NCBI RefSeq assembly: GCF_035084215.1
Contig: NC_090350.1
Span: forward strand, 19,902,001-19,966,000
Source of the DNA: Heptranchias perlo
Taxonomy: Eukaryota
Direction: 5' to 3'
DNA length: 64,000 bases
Below, piece after piece: positions 24,040 through 36,749 of this stretch. The translations under genes were made by a program, and so were the position numbers. Under the pieces are notes generated by a model that did no database searches, was not told the origin of the DNA, and saw only the letters and a program-made list of their open reading frames with translations. Each line of letters starts with the position of its first letter. Positions within the stretch are counted from its first letter, which is position 1.

Positions 24040-25002
24040 ATTTATTTATTTTATTCGTTCATGGGATGTGGGCGTTGCTGACAAGGCCAGCATTTATTGC
24101 CCATCCCTAATTGCCCTTGAGAAGTTGGTGGTGAGCTGCCTTCTTGAACTGCCGCAGTCCGTATGGTGAAGGTTCTCCCACAGTGCTGTTAGGTAGGGAG
24201 TTCCAGGATTTTGACTCAGCGATATATTTCCAAGTCGGGATGGTGTGTGACTTGGAGGTGAACGCGCAGGTGGTGTTGTTCCATGTGCCTGCTGCCCTTG
24301 TCCTTCTAGGTGGTAGTGGTCGCTGGATTGAGAGGTGCTGTCGAAGAAACCGTGGCGAGTTGCTGCAGTGCATCCTGTAGATGGTACACACTGCAGCCAT
24401 GGTGCACCGATGGTGAAGGGAGTGAATGTTTCGGGTGGTGGATGGGGTGCAACCAAGAAGGCTGCTTTGTCCTGGATGGTGTCGAGCTTCTTGAGTGTTA
24501 ATGGAGTTGCATTCATCCAAGCAAGTGGAGAATATTCCATCACACTCCTGACTTGTGCCTTGTCGATGGTGGAAAGGCTTTGGGGAGTCAGGAGATGAGT
24601 CACTCGCCGCAGAATACCTAGCCTCTGACCTGCTCCTGTAGCCACAGTATTTATGCGGCTGGTCCAGTTAAGTTTCTGGTCAATGGTGACCCCCAGGATG
24701 TTGATGGTGGGGGATTCGACGATGGTAATGCCGTTGAATGTCAAGGGGAAGTGGTTAGACTCTCTCTTGTTGGAGATGGTCATTGCCTGGCACTTGTCTG
24801 ACGCGAATGTTACTTGCCACTTATCAGCCCAAGCCTGGATGTTGTCCAGGTCTTGCTACATACGGGCATGGACTGCTTCATTATCTGAGGGGTTGCGAAT
24901 GGAACTGAACACTGTACAATCATCAGCGAACATTCCCATTTCTGATGGATGGAAGGTCATTGATGAAACAGCTGTAGATGGTTGGGCCCAGGACACTGCC
25001 CT
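24040..25002 (-). mobile_element. CR1/L2-group LINE 3' portion (second family)
   Basis: ORF 24094-24783 (ILGVTIDQKLNWTS...KAQVRSVMEYSPLAW); closely related copy at 35020-35626. Confidence 0.8.
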
Positions 25003-25057
25003 AGTGATGTTGTTTGAGGGAGTCCCCTGCTCTTCTTTGGAATAGTACCATAGGATC

Positions 25058-26141
25058 TGTAAGGGGTTTCTTTTTTACTGTTTCTCGGGCTTATAATAGG
25101 TCAGCCAGTTATGTTTTCCTGAGCTGCCCTGCCCGCAGTGCGGTTGCGAATCGCTTACCCCTTCCTGATTCTGAGCTGAGGACTTATCAAGTGGTACAAG
25201 GAAAACCAATGTTTATTAATAAGTAAACTAAAACTACAAAGTGAACAGTATAATACAGAAGATAAAAAGAAATCGCTATGGATGTAATACAGTTTTACGC
25301 TTAACGGGTTGGAAGAAACGGACACATCGAGGGAAAATTCTAAAATCACAAGTTTAGCAATATCCCCTTTAACCCCCACCCTTACACTTATGCTAGGTCG
25401 TCTTGTGGCGGCCAGAAAATTAATGCTCACCGGTGAAAACAGATGAAAAGGCCTGGCCTCTGTGCCTGCTGTTGCCGTCGACATGTGGTTGCGAGGTTTA
25501 CTGAATGGCCTTCCTTCTTAGGTGCTAGCAGACAGACAGGACAGGGCCAAGAGGCGAAGAGAGAAGAGCAGAGAGATACTGGGCAGCCCCAGTTATACCC
25601 TCTTGGTAACAGGTTTTTTTCATACCTCATCAGCTTGCTTCATTGTTTGATTTAAGCACGAAACGTAAGACAAAGGACCCCATCTCTGGCCCATTTACAT
25701 TAATGGCCAATTCCTGTATTTCTGAGTTCCATAACTGCTTTAAGACAAAGGACCTAATTTCTGGCCCATTTACATTAATGGCCAGTTCCTGTATCGATCT
25801 GTTCCATAACTGCTTTACCATTGTTCCGAATGTACCTTGATGGTTCACCTTTTGTCCTGCGATCACTTCCTGCTCGAATTTTGATGTGTTGGCCGGCCAT
25901 GTTGATAGCTTGCCTCAGGGCTAGAATGCAGCTGCATTGTTTAAAGAAACCTGTCTGAAACACGAAGCCTGCCGAGTTGTTGAGAATGCAATTTCAAATC
26001 TGCCGGTCCTCGGCCATGTGTCTGACTGCAGCCATTTTGAGAGACCTTGGATTTTTTAAAACAGTCACACCAGGGTTTCTTTAATAACTCCAATAAATCT
26101 TCGGGGTGGGGGGAACATGTGAAATTTTGCGAATCCCTTCA
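25058..26141. mobile_element. Solo LTR (about 1.08 kb)
   Basis: TGTAAGGGG...CCCTTCA termini; 4-bp duplication GATC at 25054-25057 and 26142-26145; internal direct repeat of about 75 bp at 25666-25817. Confidence 0.75.
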
Positions 26142-28004
26142 GATCTTTTAGGTCCACCTGAGACGGGGCCTCAGTTTAATGTCTCATCCGAAAGACTGCA
26201 CCTCCGACAGTGCAGCGCTCCCTCAGTACTGCACTGGAGTGCCAGCCTAGATTTTGTGCTCAAGTCCCTGGAGTGAGACTTGAACCCAAAACCTTCTGTC
26301 TGTTTTTATACTGCAGTCAATACATATCATTCCTGGCAGGAGACCAGCTCATCTAGGTGATTGGCTGAAAGTGCTTCTTCTCGTACTTACCAGGAGACAG
26401 GGCTCGATTGATCTAACACTAACTGAAGAACTTCAGTTACTGGGATCAACTGTACGGGTGGCAGCAGGACAGTGAACTCAGGTTAAAGCACAAAGAGCCA
26501 AAGCTCTTTGTGCTTTAACTGGCTGCTTTTTAAAAAAATCCTATTTTCCTCTCCTGTCCTTTAGACTCCTTGCTGTGATACAATTCCACAGGTGGCAGCA
26601 CCCCTCCAGTATCCCATCTGAATGGGCATTCTTTATCTTGGATCCCAGACTGGGAGCGTTGGCAAGCTATTCAACCATGATGCATGTCCTCACACACACT
26701 TTACAGCAAGTGTCACTGGGTCGATCAGGAACTGCAATCCTTCCTGTGGGTGTTCTGGGGCCTGTTGTCGCATCCAAATTGCTATCCTAACTGACATCAG
26801 CTAACTCAGCAGAGACAGGAAATTAAACCTAGTACCTTCCAGGTCCCTATGGCTAGAGGGGGGGGTTTCCACATAGGTTCTCCCGCTCATCCGCTGTAAC
26901 TTCGCCGTTTACACCATTTTCCAGGGTTTTCATAGCACTTCCGCCGAAGTTACGACAGACAAGCGGGAGAACCCTTGCGGAAGTTCATTCCCCCCTCACC
27001 TTTACTCACTAAACCATGACAGGGAGCCTGCCCAGTTCTTTTGAAATCAAACTGCTATTTTTCTCTTTGCTTTGATAGGGGGCTTCAATACACTCAGGTT
27101 ATCCCCAGCTGTCACCTCTTCCACCCAGAAACACATACCCTGTAAACAGGGTTTCCCACAATTATGGCAAAGTTACGAGGAAATTCCTGAGATCGAACTG
27201 AATCACGAAGGGGCTGAACCAGAGTTCAACCTGGATGTCGCAGCTTTAATCTCCAACCTTATAGTGATGTCTGACAATTAAATGTGCTGACCTGGATTTC
27301 TGCAAGAGACTAGTAGCAAATAAAAGAATGGAGTAATTACTGGGGAGAAGGGATATTAGTGACCCCTCTCTTGAAGACTGTTGAACTGAGCCAGGAAATC
27401 CTGTTGCAGATTCAGACAATCCCTGCTGCTCCTTGAAATTCCCAGGGATAAATTTCTGCTGGGATTGCCCATTCCTCCACCGTAAATTGGCGGGAGAACC
27501 ATTTTATATTTAAATAGTGTCTCAAAAGTCCCCCATACCCCAAGTTCTCTCTTCCCCTCCCCAAGTATTCTCTTCCCCTCGTTACCTCTCCCCACTGTCT
27601 TTGAAAAGCATAACGTAAAATTGCCATACCTGTTGTCTTCTTGCTTGTCCCACTTCACTGAATCTGCCTCTCATATCGACTGCCCAATTTATTAAGTGTT
27701 ACAGTGAGGGGTGGGGCTCACAGTTATTTGCCACTTGCGTAAGTTTATTGTTATTGGAAAAGGTCAAGGTGCAGCCGTGGGCAGTTAAATTCCAACATTC
27801 GCAAAGAGTTTTGGCTGAAACTTCATCAGAAATTCGGACGTGCAAATTTGAAAAATGACACTTTGGGTGTTGGCAGAGTGGATAATTGGGCAGTTTTTTT
27901 ACACCCATTTGATCTGGGTTTTAATCCAGTCCAACCTGATGCAATTAATGCCTTTTCTCTGAAGCTCCAACCTTGCAGTGCTCCACTGGTGACATATGAG
28001 TCGT

Positions 28005-29407
28005 GGGGGGTTAAATTCGATAACCCCCGAAACCTGGCGCAGACATCGCGGTCCGTGATTAACCCACGCCGGGTACTTCCAATGCGGGCAGCACGTGAGA
28101 TTTGTGCTGCCTGATCATTAACATGATTTCTACGTGCAGCCAGCACTGCCCGTGCTGTTGAGAGGCTGTACGCACAAACAGGAGCCCCAAAATGGGGCGT
28201 GACCAGCACTTGGTAAAGGCAGCCTGCACCTCTTAAAGGGGAGGTGCACAGTTAATGAGAGCAGTGCAGGATGGCAGGAAGGATTGCTGGACTGGCAAAA
28301 GAGCATGCACCAAGGTTCTCTGATGACGCTCTGGAGGCCCTGGTGGAGGGAGTGGACGAAAAGAGGGCCATCCTGTACCCGCATGACAATAGGAGACCCT
28401 CCAGACACCAGCTCTGTAGGCAGTGGGCAAGGAGTTGAATGCCAGGAGTACAGCACCGTGCACGTGGGTGCAGTGCCGAAAAAAGTTCAACGATTTGACA
28501 CGAGTGTTCAAGGTGAGTGAATGTAAGTGTCAAATGGCACATCTGACCAACTGCACCACTGCTCCATGCACGACACCCCTCCCCCCACCCACCAACAAAC
28601 TCTGCCTATCCGTTCGCATGCTGCATTTCACCCTCACATAGTACCACACTTGCAATGCACACACCCACCTCTCACAGGTCACACACACTGGTGGCAATTC
28701 GACCACGTCAGGCACATCACCCAGACACCTTGAGGACTCTCAGTGACACACCTCCCTCTGACTTGAAGGAGAAGGTGGTGCATAACAGTCAGCAGCAGGA
28801 GAGACCTGAAGGAGGACAGGCAAGCTTACACGTCCTCACCCCCCCACCCCGGCCCCCCCGGAGGACTATTGGGCGGAACGTCGCTGCAGCCATGACCACT
28901 GGCATTGCTGGAGGTCCCGGTGAAGGGGGTCTCTACATACCTAATGCTCCTTCTCATTGAGGGATGAGGATGACACACGTGCTGCAGATAGTGTAAGCAT
29001 GCACGTCTTACTTGCTCCTGTCCCCGCTCCGCAACTCAACCTGTTTCCCTTTGCCATTGCAGGCACTCAAGAGCATATGGCGGCACTGTCCAAGGAGGAG
29101 GAGGGGGACACTGAAGCCACACCGTCACTCGATCTTACACTCACATCCACCAGCTCAGATGCTGACACAGTGCCAAAATGGTGTCTATCACTTTAAATCA
29201 GCGTTGCACACTGATCTAACGCATATTCTCCCTACTTTATAGGCTGCCGGCATTCGTTATCTGCACATGTGCTAAACCTTTTACCACGATGGTGTCCGGA
29301 GCACATAATGCTCGAAGCATGCGTGCGCATTCCGGATGCCATTTTGGAACTTTGGAAGGTCACGTAGCGCCGAAACAACAGGCGCTACACGGCCCAATTT
29401 CTAGCCC
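28005..29407 (+). mobile_element. Harbinger-group transposon remnant with a degenerate Myb/SANT-like gene
   Basis: APRFSDDALEALVEGVDEKRAILYP...WVQCRKKFNDLTR followed by a GTGAGT donor; termini ggggggttaaatt...aatttctagccc; related to 56063-57758. Confidence 0.8.
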
Positions 29408-31084
29408 ATATTCTCTTCTGAATTATTGGGTTAGAGGTGATTGGAGGCAGTAATCAGAGGAAAATGTGTTCTAAAAGCTAATATCTCACAGAAAACTGCA
29501 CCTGCATTCTCCTCCTAAAAAAAAGGCCATTTCCTTCAAAGCCTCACCACAAGCCTGTATCATCACATATAAATGGAGTCAAGGGGGCATGGCTCACCCC
29601 TCCTCCCCATTCCCCTCCATTTCCACCCAAACCCACCCAAAATTCTTACCACCACTATATCGTGCTTCCCTGATCCTATTTAAATGTGGCGTGACAGACT
29701 TGTGGAGGGTATCAAAGAGAATTGGTGGGTTTTTTTGGGAGGAGAATGCAGGAGCAGTTTTTTTGTGCGATTTGAAGTGGCTGCCTTTCAGAAAGTATTT
29801 TGCTCTCTTTACTGCCCCAAATCCACCCCAAAACATATGGTAATTCAGAAGGAAAATCTAGACCATTAAGTTTTAATGTATTAAAATGCAGCACACTCAT
29901 TGCATTGTCAGTTTAATCACTACGGTTGTACTATTTGTTTTTTTGACTTTTGTTTTTGGTCAAAAACATTCTACGTGACTGCCCTTCTTCTAACTTTCTG
30001 CTGTATGCAAATTGGCTGCCGCATTTCCTACATTACAGCAGTGACTACATTTCAAAAATACTTAATTGACTGTAAAACGCTTTGGAACATCCCGAGGTCC
30101 TGAAAGACGCTATATAAATGCAAGTCTTTTTTTTCTTTTCCTTCTCATATCTGGTGATATTTGAAATTTTCACCATGGGCTATTAAGCCTATCTAGCTTG
30201 TCCTTTCTTGGGGTCCATGAATAAGACTAAGTCAGACCATTATGGTTTCTCCTGCCTTAGCCTTATGTTCTGTTCTATCATAAATATTTAATTAATTTTT
30301 GAATATCATCAGTCTAGATTCATTACATTGGTTGGAAATCTAATTCATGATCTCACTAAATTATGGGTGAACATTTCCTTTGACGTTACTTTGTGTTGAA
30401 CATCACCGTGTGCAACTTGGTGGCATTCTTTTGATTCGCTGTAGCTTGGGAAAGTGAAAGTACCAATTGAGGTGTACATAAAGTGCTAACTATGCTTAGA
30501 ACTGCACCTACAAGCACCACATTTTTGATACCTTGTGTAATCTTATGTAATTCTAGCTGTCGGACCACTTCTATTCTACTATGGTTGCCAGGGATTGAGG
30601 TTGTGTTTAAAGAAACATTATCAAATCAGGACTTTTATTGAGAAACTCTTTCCAAACTTGGACAATAGAACAGTTTTTCCAAAACTTGGGACTATGGTGC
30701 ATTATTCTCAATGCAGATAGTTGTTACACATGCTCATTACCATAGAAGTAACTACACTGGAATCCAAGTGGCAAGTGGGATTTTGCTCTTGGATAGGGTG
30801 GGACTTCTGCCACGTCCCATGGATGCAATAATGATCTTGGCTGACTTCCAGGGATCAGGCTTATTTACATATTTTGGCAAACTCCTGGGGAGAGTTCTGC
30901 CTGGGTTGTGCAGCCTCCCTCAGGAGAGGGAGGCAAACTGCTATGGGCCTTGGGCACCTGCAGTGGTGGAGCATGTCCGACAAAAGGGCAATAAACTGTA
31001 AACATTTTTCAAATCCAAGGCATTGTGAATCTAACTGATCAGCCCTGTGATGCGGGCAGGAGTAGTCAAGTGACACATTAGCAA

Positions 31085-32230
31085 TGGGAGAATGTCACAT
31101 GATTGAAGCCCATGGAATAAAGGGGGCAGTAGTAGCATGGATACAAAATTGGCCAAGTAACAGGAAGCAGAGAGTAGTGGTGAACGATTGTTTTTCGGAT
31201 TGGAGGGAGGTGTACAGTGGTGTTCCCCAGGGGTCAGTGCTGGGACCACTGCTTTTCTTGATATATATTGATGACTTGGACTTGGATGTACAGGGCACAA
31301 TTTCCAAATTTGGAGATGACACAAAACTTGGAAGTGTAGTGAACAGTGAGGAGGATAGTGATAGACTTCAAGAGGACATAGACAGGCTGGTGGAATGGGT
31401 GGAAATATGGCAGATGAAATTTAACACAGAAAAATGCAAGGTGATACATTTCAGTCGGAAGAACAAGGAGAGGCAATATAAACTAGAGGGCACAATTCTC
31501 AAAGGGTTACAGGAACAGAGAGATCTGGGGGTATATGTGCACAAATCGTTGAAAGTGGCAGGGCAGGTTGAGAAAGTGGTTAAAAACCATACGGGATCCT
31601 AGGCTTTATAAATAGAGACATAGAGTACAAAAGCAAGGAAGTTATGATGAACCTTTATAAAACAGTGGTTTGACCACAAGTGGAGTATTGTGTCCAGTTC
31701 TGGACACCGCACTTTAGGAAAGATGTGAAGGCCTTAGAGAGGGTGCAGAAAAGATTTACGAGAATGATTCCAGGGATGAGGGACTTTAGTTACGTGGATA
31801 GACTGGAGAAGCTAGGGTTGTTCTCTATGGAACAGAGAAGATTGAGAGGAGATTTGATAGAGGTATTTAAAATCATGAAGGGTCTAGACAGAATAGATAG
31901 AAAGAAACTGTTCCCATAGGCAGAAGGGTCAAGAACCAGAGGACATAAGTTTAAGGTGATTGGCAAAAGAACCAAAGATGACATGAGGAAAAACATTTTT
32001 ATGCAGCGAATGGTTAGGATCTGGAATGCACTGCCTGAGGGGGTGGTGGAGGCAGATTCAATCATGGCTTTCAAAAGGGAACTGGATAAGTACTTGAAAG
32101 GAAAAAGTTTGCAGAGCTACAGGGATAGGACAGGGGAGTGGGACTAGCTGGATTGCTCTTGCATAGAGCCGGCACGGACTTGATGGGCCAAATGGCCTCC
32201 TTCCATACTGTAACCTTTCTATGATTCTAT
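31085..32230 (+). mobile_element. CR1 LINE 3' portion
   Basis: SGVPQGSVLGPLLFLIYIDD, KFGDDTKL and EYCVQFWTPH motifs with stops; ends ctatgattctat. Confidence 0.9.
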
Positions 32231-32379
32231 AACATATTTCCTGTCATTAACACCAAAGTAATACTGAACACTAGAAACGTGCTGGTGTATTTGGCATCCA
32301 GCATTGCTGTGACATTCATGACAGGAAATATGTCAGCTGTCATTTTTCCTGTCATTATCACGTCATTGACAAAGAAATG

Positions 32380-35019
32380 GAACAGCAGTGGGAAACGTTT
32401 AAAACGGTGATCAATGGAGTTTCAAGGAGAAATATATCCCAATAAAAAGCAAGAATAAACTAGCCAGTAACGATACACCATGGATGAATAAAGAAATAAG
32501 GACAAAATTGAAACTAAAGAAAAAGACATACACTAAGTACATAGACAACAAAGGAGAGAATGAGAAAATGGAATATGAAAACATTAGGAAAGAATTCAAA
32601 AAGAAAATTAGAAAGGCAAAGAGAAACAACAAAATTAAATTATGAAGGGATATAAAAAGAAGTAATGATGTATTCTACAGGCACATAAATAACAAAAGAA
32701 AAATCAGGATAGGGATTGGGCCAGTAAGGGGTACACATGATAAACTCACAGGTAATGACAGAAAAATGGCAGAAATATTAAATTGCCTCAGTATTTATCA
32801 GGGAGACTAACATGGTGGGCATGACATTAGAAGAAGAGATCAAAAAAGATATGAAGACATTTAAGAAAGAAAGGGGGTGATAATTAATAAACTAATCAAA
32901 CTTAGAGATGATAAAGCCCCTGGTCCAGATGGATTGCATCCACGCACACTAAAAGAAGTTAAGGGAGAGATAGCACAGGCACTATTACATATATATAAAA
33001 AATCATTAGAAAAGGGAATCATGCCAGAGCCTGGTGGACAGCTAATGTGATTCCTATATTTAAAAAGGGGGATAGACCAAGTCCAGGGAACCATTGACCA
33101 ATTAGCTTAACGTCAGTGGCAGGGAAGATTATGGGCTGGAACTTGCTCTGACTGATGTGGCAAGGCTATCTGAACATCTTGCAGGTAAAAAGTATGAAGA
33201 TACTTACTGCGTGGCCCACGACGTCCACTTGCTTCGTTTTGAATTCTTCTCAAGTGATGCGCTCCGAGATCAGCGCAGGCCCTCATGCGCATGCATAGAC
33301 TGTGAGAATGGAAGCCCCTCCCACAAGCAGGCGAGTAAAACTCATTCATTTAAAGCGACATTCCCTATGTTAGTCTAAATTAAAATTTAACATATCTTAT
33401 TATAAAAAGCCAAGGAAATGATTTATGATGTACATACAGAAATTAAAAGTTAAAAATATATTTTTTAAAAATTTAATACTTTTTTTAATGATCAAAAATA
33501 TTAAAATTAAAATAATTAGACATTCCACATTTTGAAAATTTAATTTTTTGTCATTTTGCAGTCATTATAAGTCACCGTGTTTTTAGAAAGTCGTGTAGGG
33601 CTGGTATTTTCAAGTGTACCTTCTCGTGGTGTAAGTATCTTCGTTCCAACTGGGCAGATGGGTAAGTTTGATTGTATTGATTGTAGCATAGGTGGCCCTT
33701 TAATTTGTAACTATCAAAACGCCGGTGAACCATTCGGAGCAAGTTTGCGATTTTGGGGTTTTACTGTGCATGTGCGCATTCGTGAACTTGCGCTGATGGA
33801 TTCGACGGCGTTTGGAAAGGACGCCATTGAGGAACGGCATCCCGACTGAGTAAGTTCTGCCCCAATGGAATCCCGACTCAAAGATGTAATAGAGAAACGT
33901 CTTGAAACCAAAAATATAATAAAGAATAGTCAGCACAGATTTCAAAATGGAAGGTCATGCTTGACCAACCTTGTTGAATTCTTTGAAGAGGTGACAGAAA
34001 GGGTAGACAAGGATAATGTAGTAGATGTAATATATTTGGATTTTCAAAAGACCTTCGCTAGCAGACTCATGACTAAAGTCAGAGCATGTGGAGTCAGGGG
34101 ACAAGTAGCAGAATGGCTAGCAAGCTGGCTACAAAACAGAAAACAGAGCATAGGGGTTAAAGGTAGTTAGACTGGCAAAAGGTGGAAAGTGGTGTTCCAA
34201 AATGATCAGTGCTGGGACCACTGTTCACCCCATTTACATAAACAATTTGGACTCGGGAACAAGAAGTACAATTTGAAAATTTGTGGATGACATCAAATTA
34301 GGGATATAGTTAATACTGAGGAGGACTGCGACAAAATACAGGAAGACATTAATAAGCCTGCAGAATGGGTGTGTAATTGGCAAATGAACTTCAATACAGG
34401 TAAGTGTGAGATGGTACATTTTGGTAGGAAGAATAAGAAGGCCGCATACTGCTTGGATAATAAGAGCCTAAATGGGGTAGAGCAGCAGAGGGATCTGGGA
34501 GTACAAATACGCAAATCACTAAAAGTAGTGACGCAGGTTAATAAGGCCATAAAAAAAAACACTCAGGTTCATTTCTAGAGGGATAGAATTGAAAAGCAGA
34601 GCAGTTGTGTTAAACTTGTATAGAACCTTGGTTAGACCACACTTGGAGTATTGTGAAAAGTTCTGTTCTCCATATTACAAAAAAAGATATAGAGGCACTG
34701 AAGAAGGTGCAAAAAAGATTTACTAGGATAATACCAGAACTGAGAGAGTATACCTATCAGAGACCAGAACTAAGGGCCATAAATATAAGATAGTCACAAA
34801 TAAATCCAATAGGGAATTCAGGAGAAACTTCTTCACCCAGAGTGGTTAGAATGTGGAACACGCTACCACATGAAGTAGTTGAGGCGACCAGCACAGATGC
34901 ATTTAAAAGGAAGTTAAATAAACATGAGGGAGAAAGGAATAGAAGGATATGCTGATGGGGTTAGATGAAGTTAGATGGAAGGAGGCTCATGTGGAGCATA
35001 AACACCGACGCAGACCTGT
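32380..35019 (+). mobile_element. Degraded CR1 LINE interrupted by a DNA element
   Basis: KAPGPDGLHP, QHRFQNGRSCLTNL and WQMNFNTGKC fragments with many stops. Confidence 0.8.
33133..33863. mobile_element. Non-autonomous Harbinger-group element inserted in the CR1
   Basis: Termini gggctggaacttgctc...gagtaagttctgcccc; flanks TAT/AAT; the CR1 sequence resumes on both sides. Confidence 0.7.
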
Positions 35020-35626
35020 TTTTTTATTCGTTCTTGGGATGTGGGCGTCGCTGGCAAGGCCAGCATTTATTGCCCATCCCTAATTGCCCTTGAGATGGTG
35101 GTGGTGAGCTGTTAGGAAGGGAGTTCTAAGATTTTGACCCAGCGACGATGAAGGAACGGCGATATATTTCCAAGTCGGGATGGTGTGTGACTTGGAGGGG
35201 AACGTGCAGGTGGTGTTGTTCCCATGTGCCTGCTGCTCTTGTCCTTCTAGGTGGTTGGGACCGCGGGTTTGGGAGGTGCTGTCGAAGAAGCCTTGGCAAG
35301 TTGCTGCAGTGCATCCTGTGGATGGTACACACTGCAGCCACTGTGCGCCGGTGGTGAAGGGAATGAATGTTTAGGGTGGTGGATGGAGTGCCAATCAAGC
35401 GGGCTGCTTTGTCCTGGATGGTGTCGAGCTTCTTGAGTGTTGTTGGAGCTGCACTCATCCAAGCAAGTGGAGAGTATTCCATCACACTCCTGACTTGTGT
35501 CTTGTAGATGGTGGAAAGGCTTTGGGGAGTCAGGAGGTGAGTCACTTGCCACAGAATACCCAGCCTCTGACCTGCTCTTGTAGCCACAGTATTTACGTGG
35601 CTGGTCCAGTTAAGTTTCTGGTCAAT
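35020..35626 (-). mobile_element. CR1/L2-group LINE 3' portion (same family as 24040-25002)
   Basis: ORF 35126-35665, IDQKLNWTSHVNTVATRAGQRLGIL. Confidence 0.8.
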
Positions 35627-35968
35627 GGGCTGTTGGACCGAATGGCCTTTTTCTGTGTTGTACATTCCAAGTAATTCTATGTAATTTGAATATTCCTGTC
35701 CATATTTGTGTGGACTTATTCAACATGCGTCAATACTTGCAGCAGAAAATCTTGGAAGTGGCAGGAATGGGAGGAATGGCTTCCCAGCTGATTTTCGACT
35801 CTTGCCCACTGAAGTTACACTGGGGAACTGGCATAATTCCAAAGGAAAATCTGCCCTTGTTGTAGAGTTTTAAATGGTCTCATTCATGTTCCTTAGCCCA
35901 TAAAGCTTTTAGAGTATCTTCAACTACATTAAAAAATCTATTATACAAAAGTTAAAGAAATAGATATT

Positions 35969-36749
35969 GGGCCGGATTTTGCTGTAAAAATAACGGTGAG
36001 GCTAACAGCGCCCACCGTTAATCATGTGCAAATCAGACAGTTAGTTCTGGCAACCGCACATGCACAATTAAACGCAGAAATCTGGAAGTTACTGGCTGAA
36101 ATGTGATGCTCCTCCAAAAGCAGCGCGAAAACGGCACCCGCATCTGGCTCCCCATTCAAATGTATTGAACGACATGAAGTTCCTGTACTTACATCATAGA
36201 TGCGGACCAAACTTGTCAAAAAATGTTGTCATTTCAAGTCTAAGTACCTTTTTAATGGCGTGCCATGTCTTAGTTACTGCCAAACAACTTCTCTGACACT
36301 GAAAATTAACTTTTACAAGTGTGGAGTCTCATTCCTTCAGGTTTTAATTATTGTCGAACATTAAAAAAAAATTTAATACATTTTTTCTTACTTTTTCTTT
36401 CTGTCTCTTTTATCTCTCTCTCTCTCTCTCTCAATTCAATCTTTCTTACCCTCTCTTTATTTTACTTTCTGTATCTGGTTTGACATTGAGTTCATTATTC
36501 TAACTTACACTTCCTGGTTCTGACTCTGCCCTGTCATTAACGATGCTTCAATCTGATCGGTTAAGGAGATACACAGTTGCTTGCCCCGTTCACACAGGTC
36601 GCAGATGCCCTGTAGAGGGTGCTGTCCTTTTTTGGAACCCTAATTTCCAGTAACTTGCCTTGCAAAAGCTGAGGGAAAGTCTATGAGCAAGTGCAAGTCT
36701 AATGAATGGCTGGTGCCCTTTGTTTGCTGCTCACAGCAAATTCCAGCCC
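35969..36749. mobile_element. Non-autonomous Harbinger-group element
   Basis: Termini gggccggattttgctg...cagcaaattccagccc; ATT on both flanks. Confidence 0.7.

Larger units (their letters stand above)
23890..26298 (-). mobile_element. Deu-type SINE split into three pieces by later LINE and LTR insertions
   Basis: Pieces at about 23890-24036, 25003-25057 and 26142-26298 are colinear with the SINE at 55403-55838. Confidence 0.65.
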
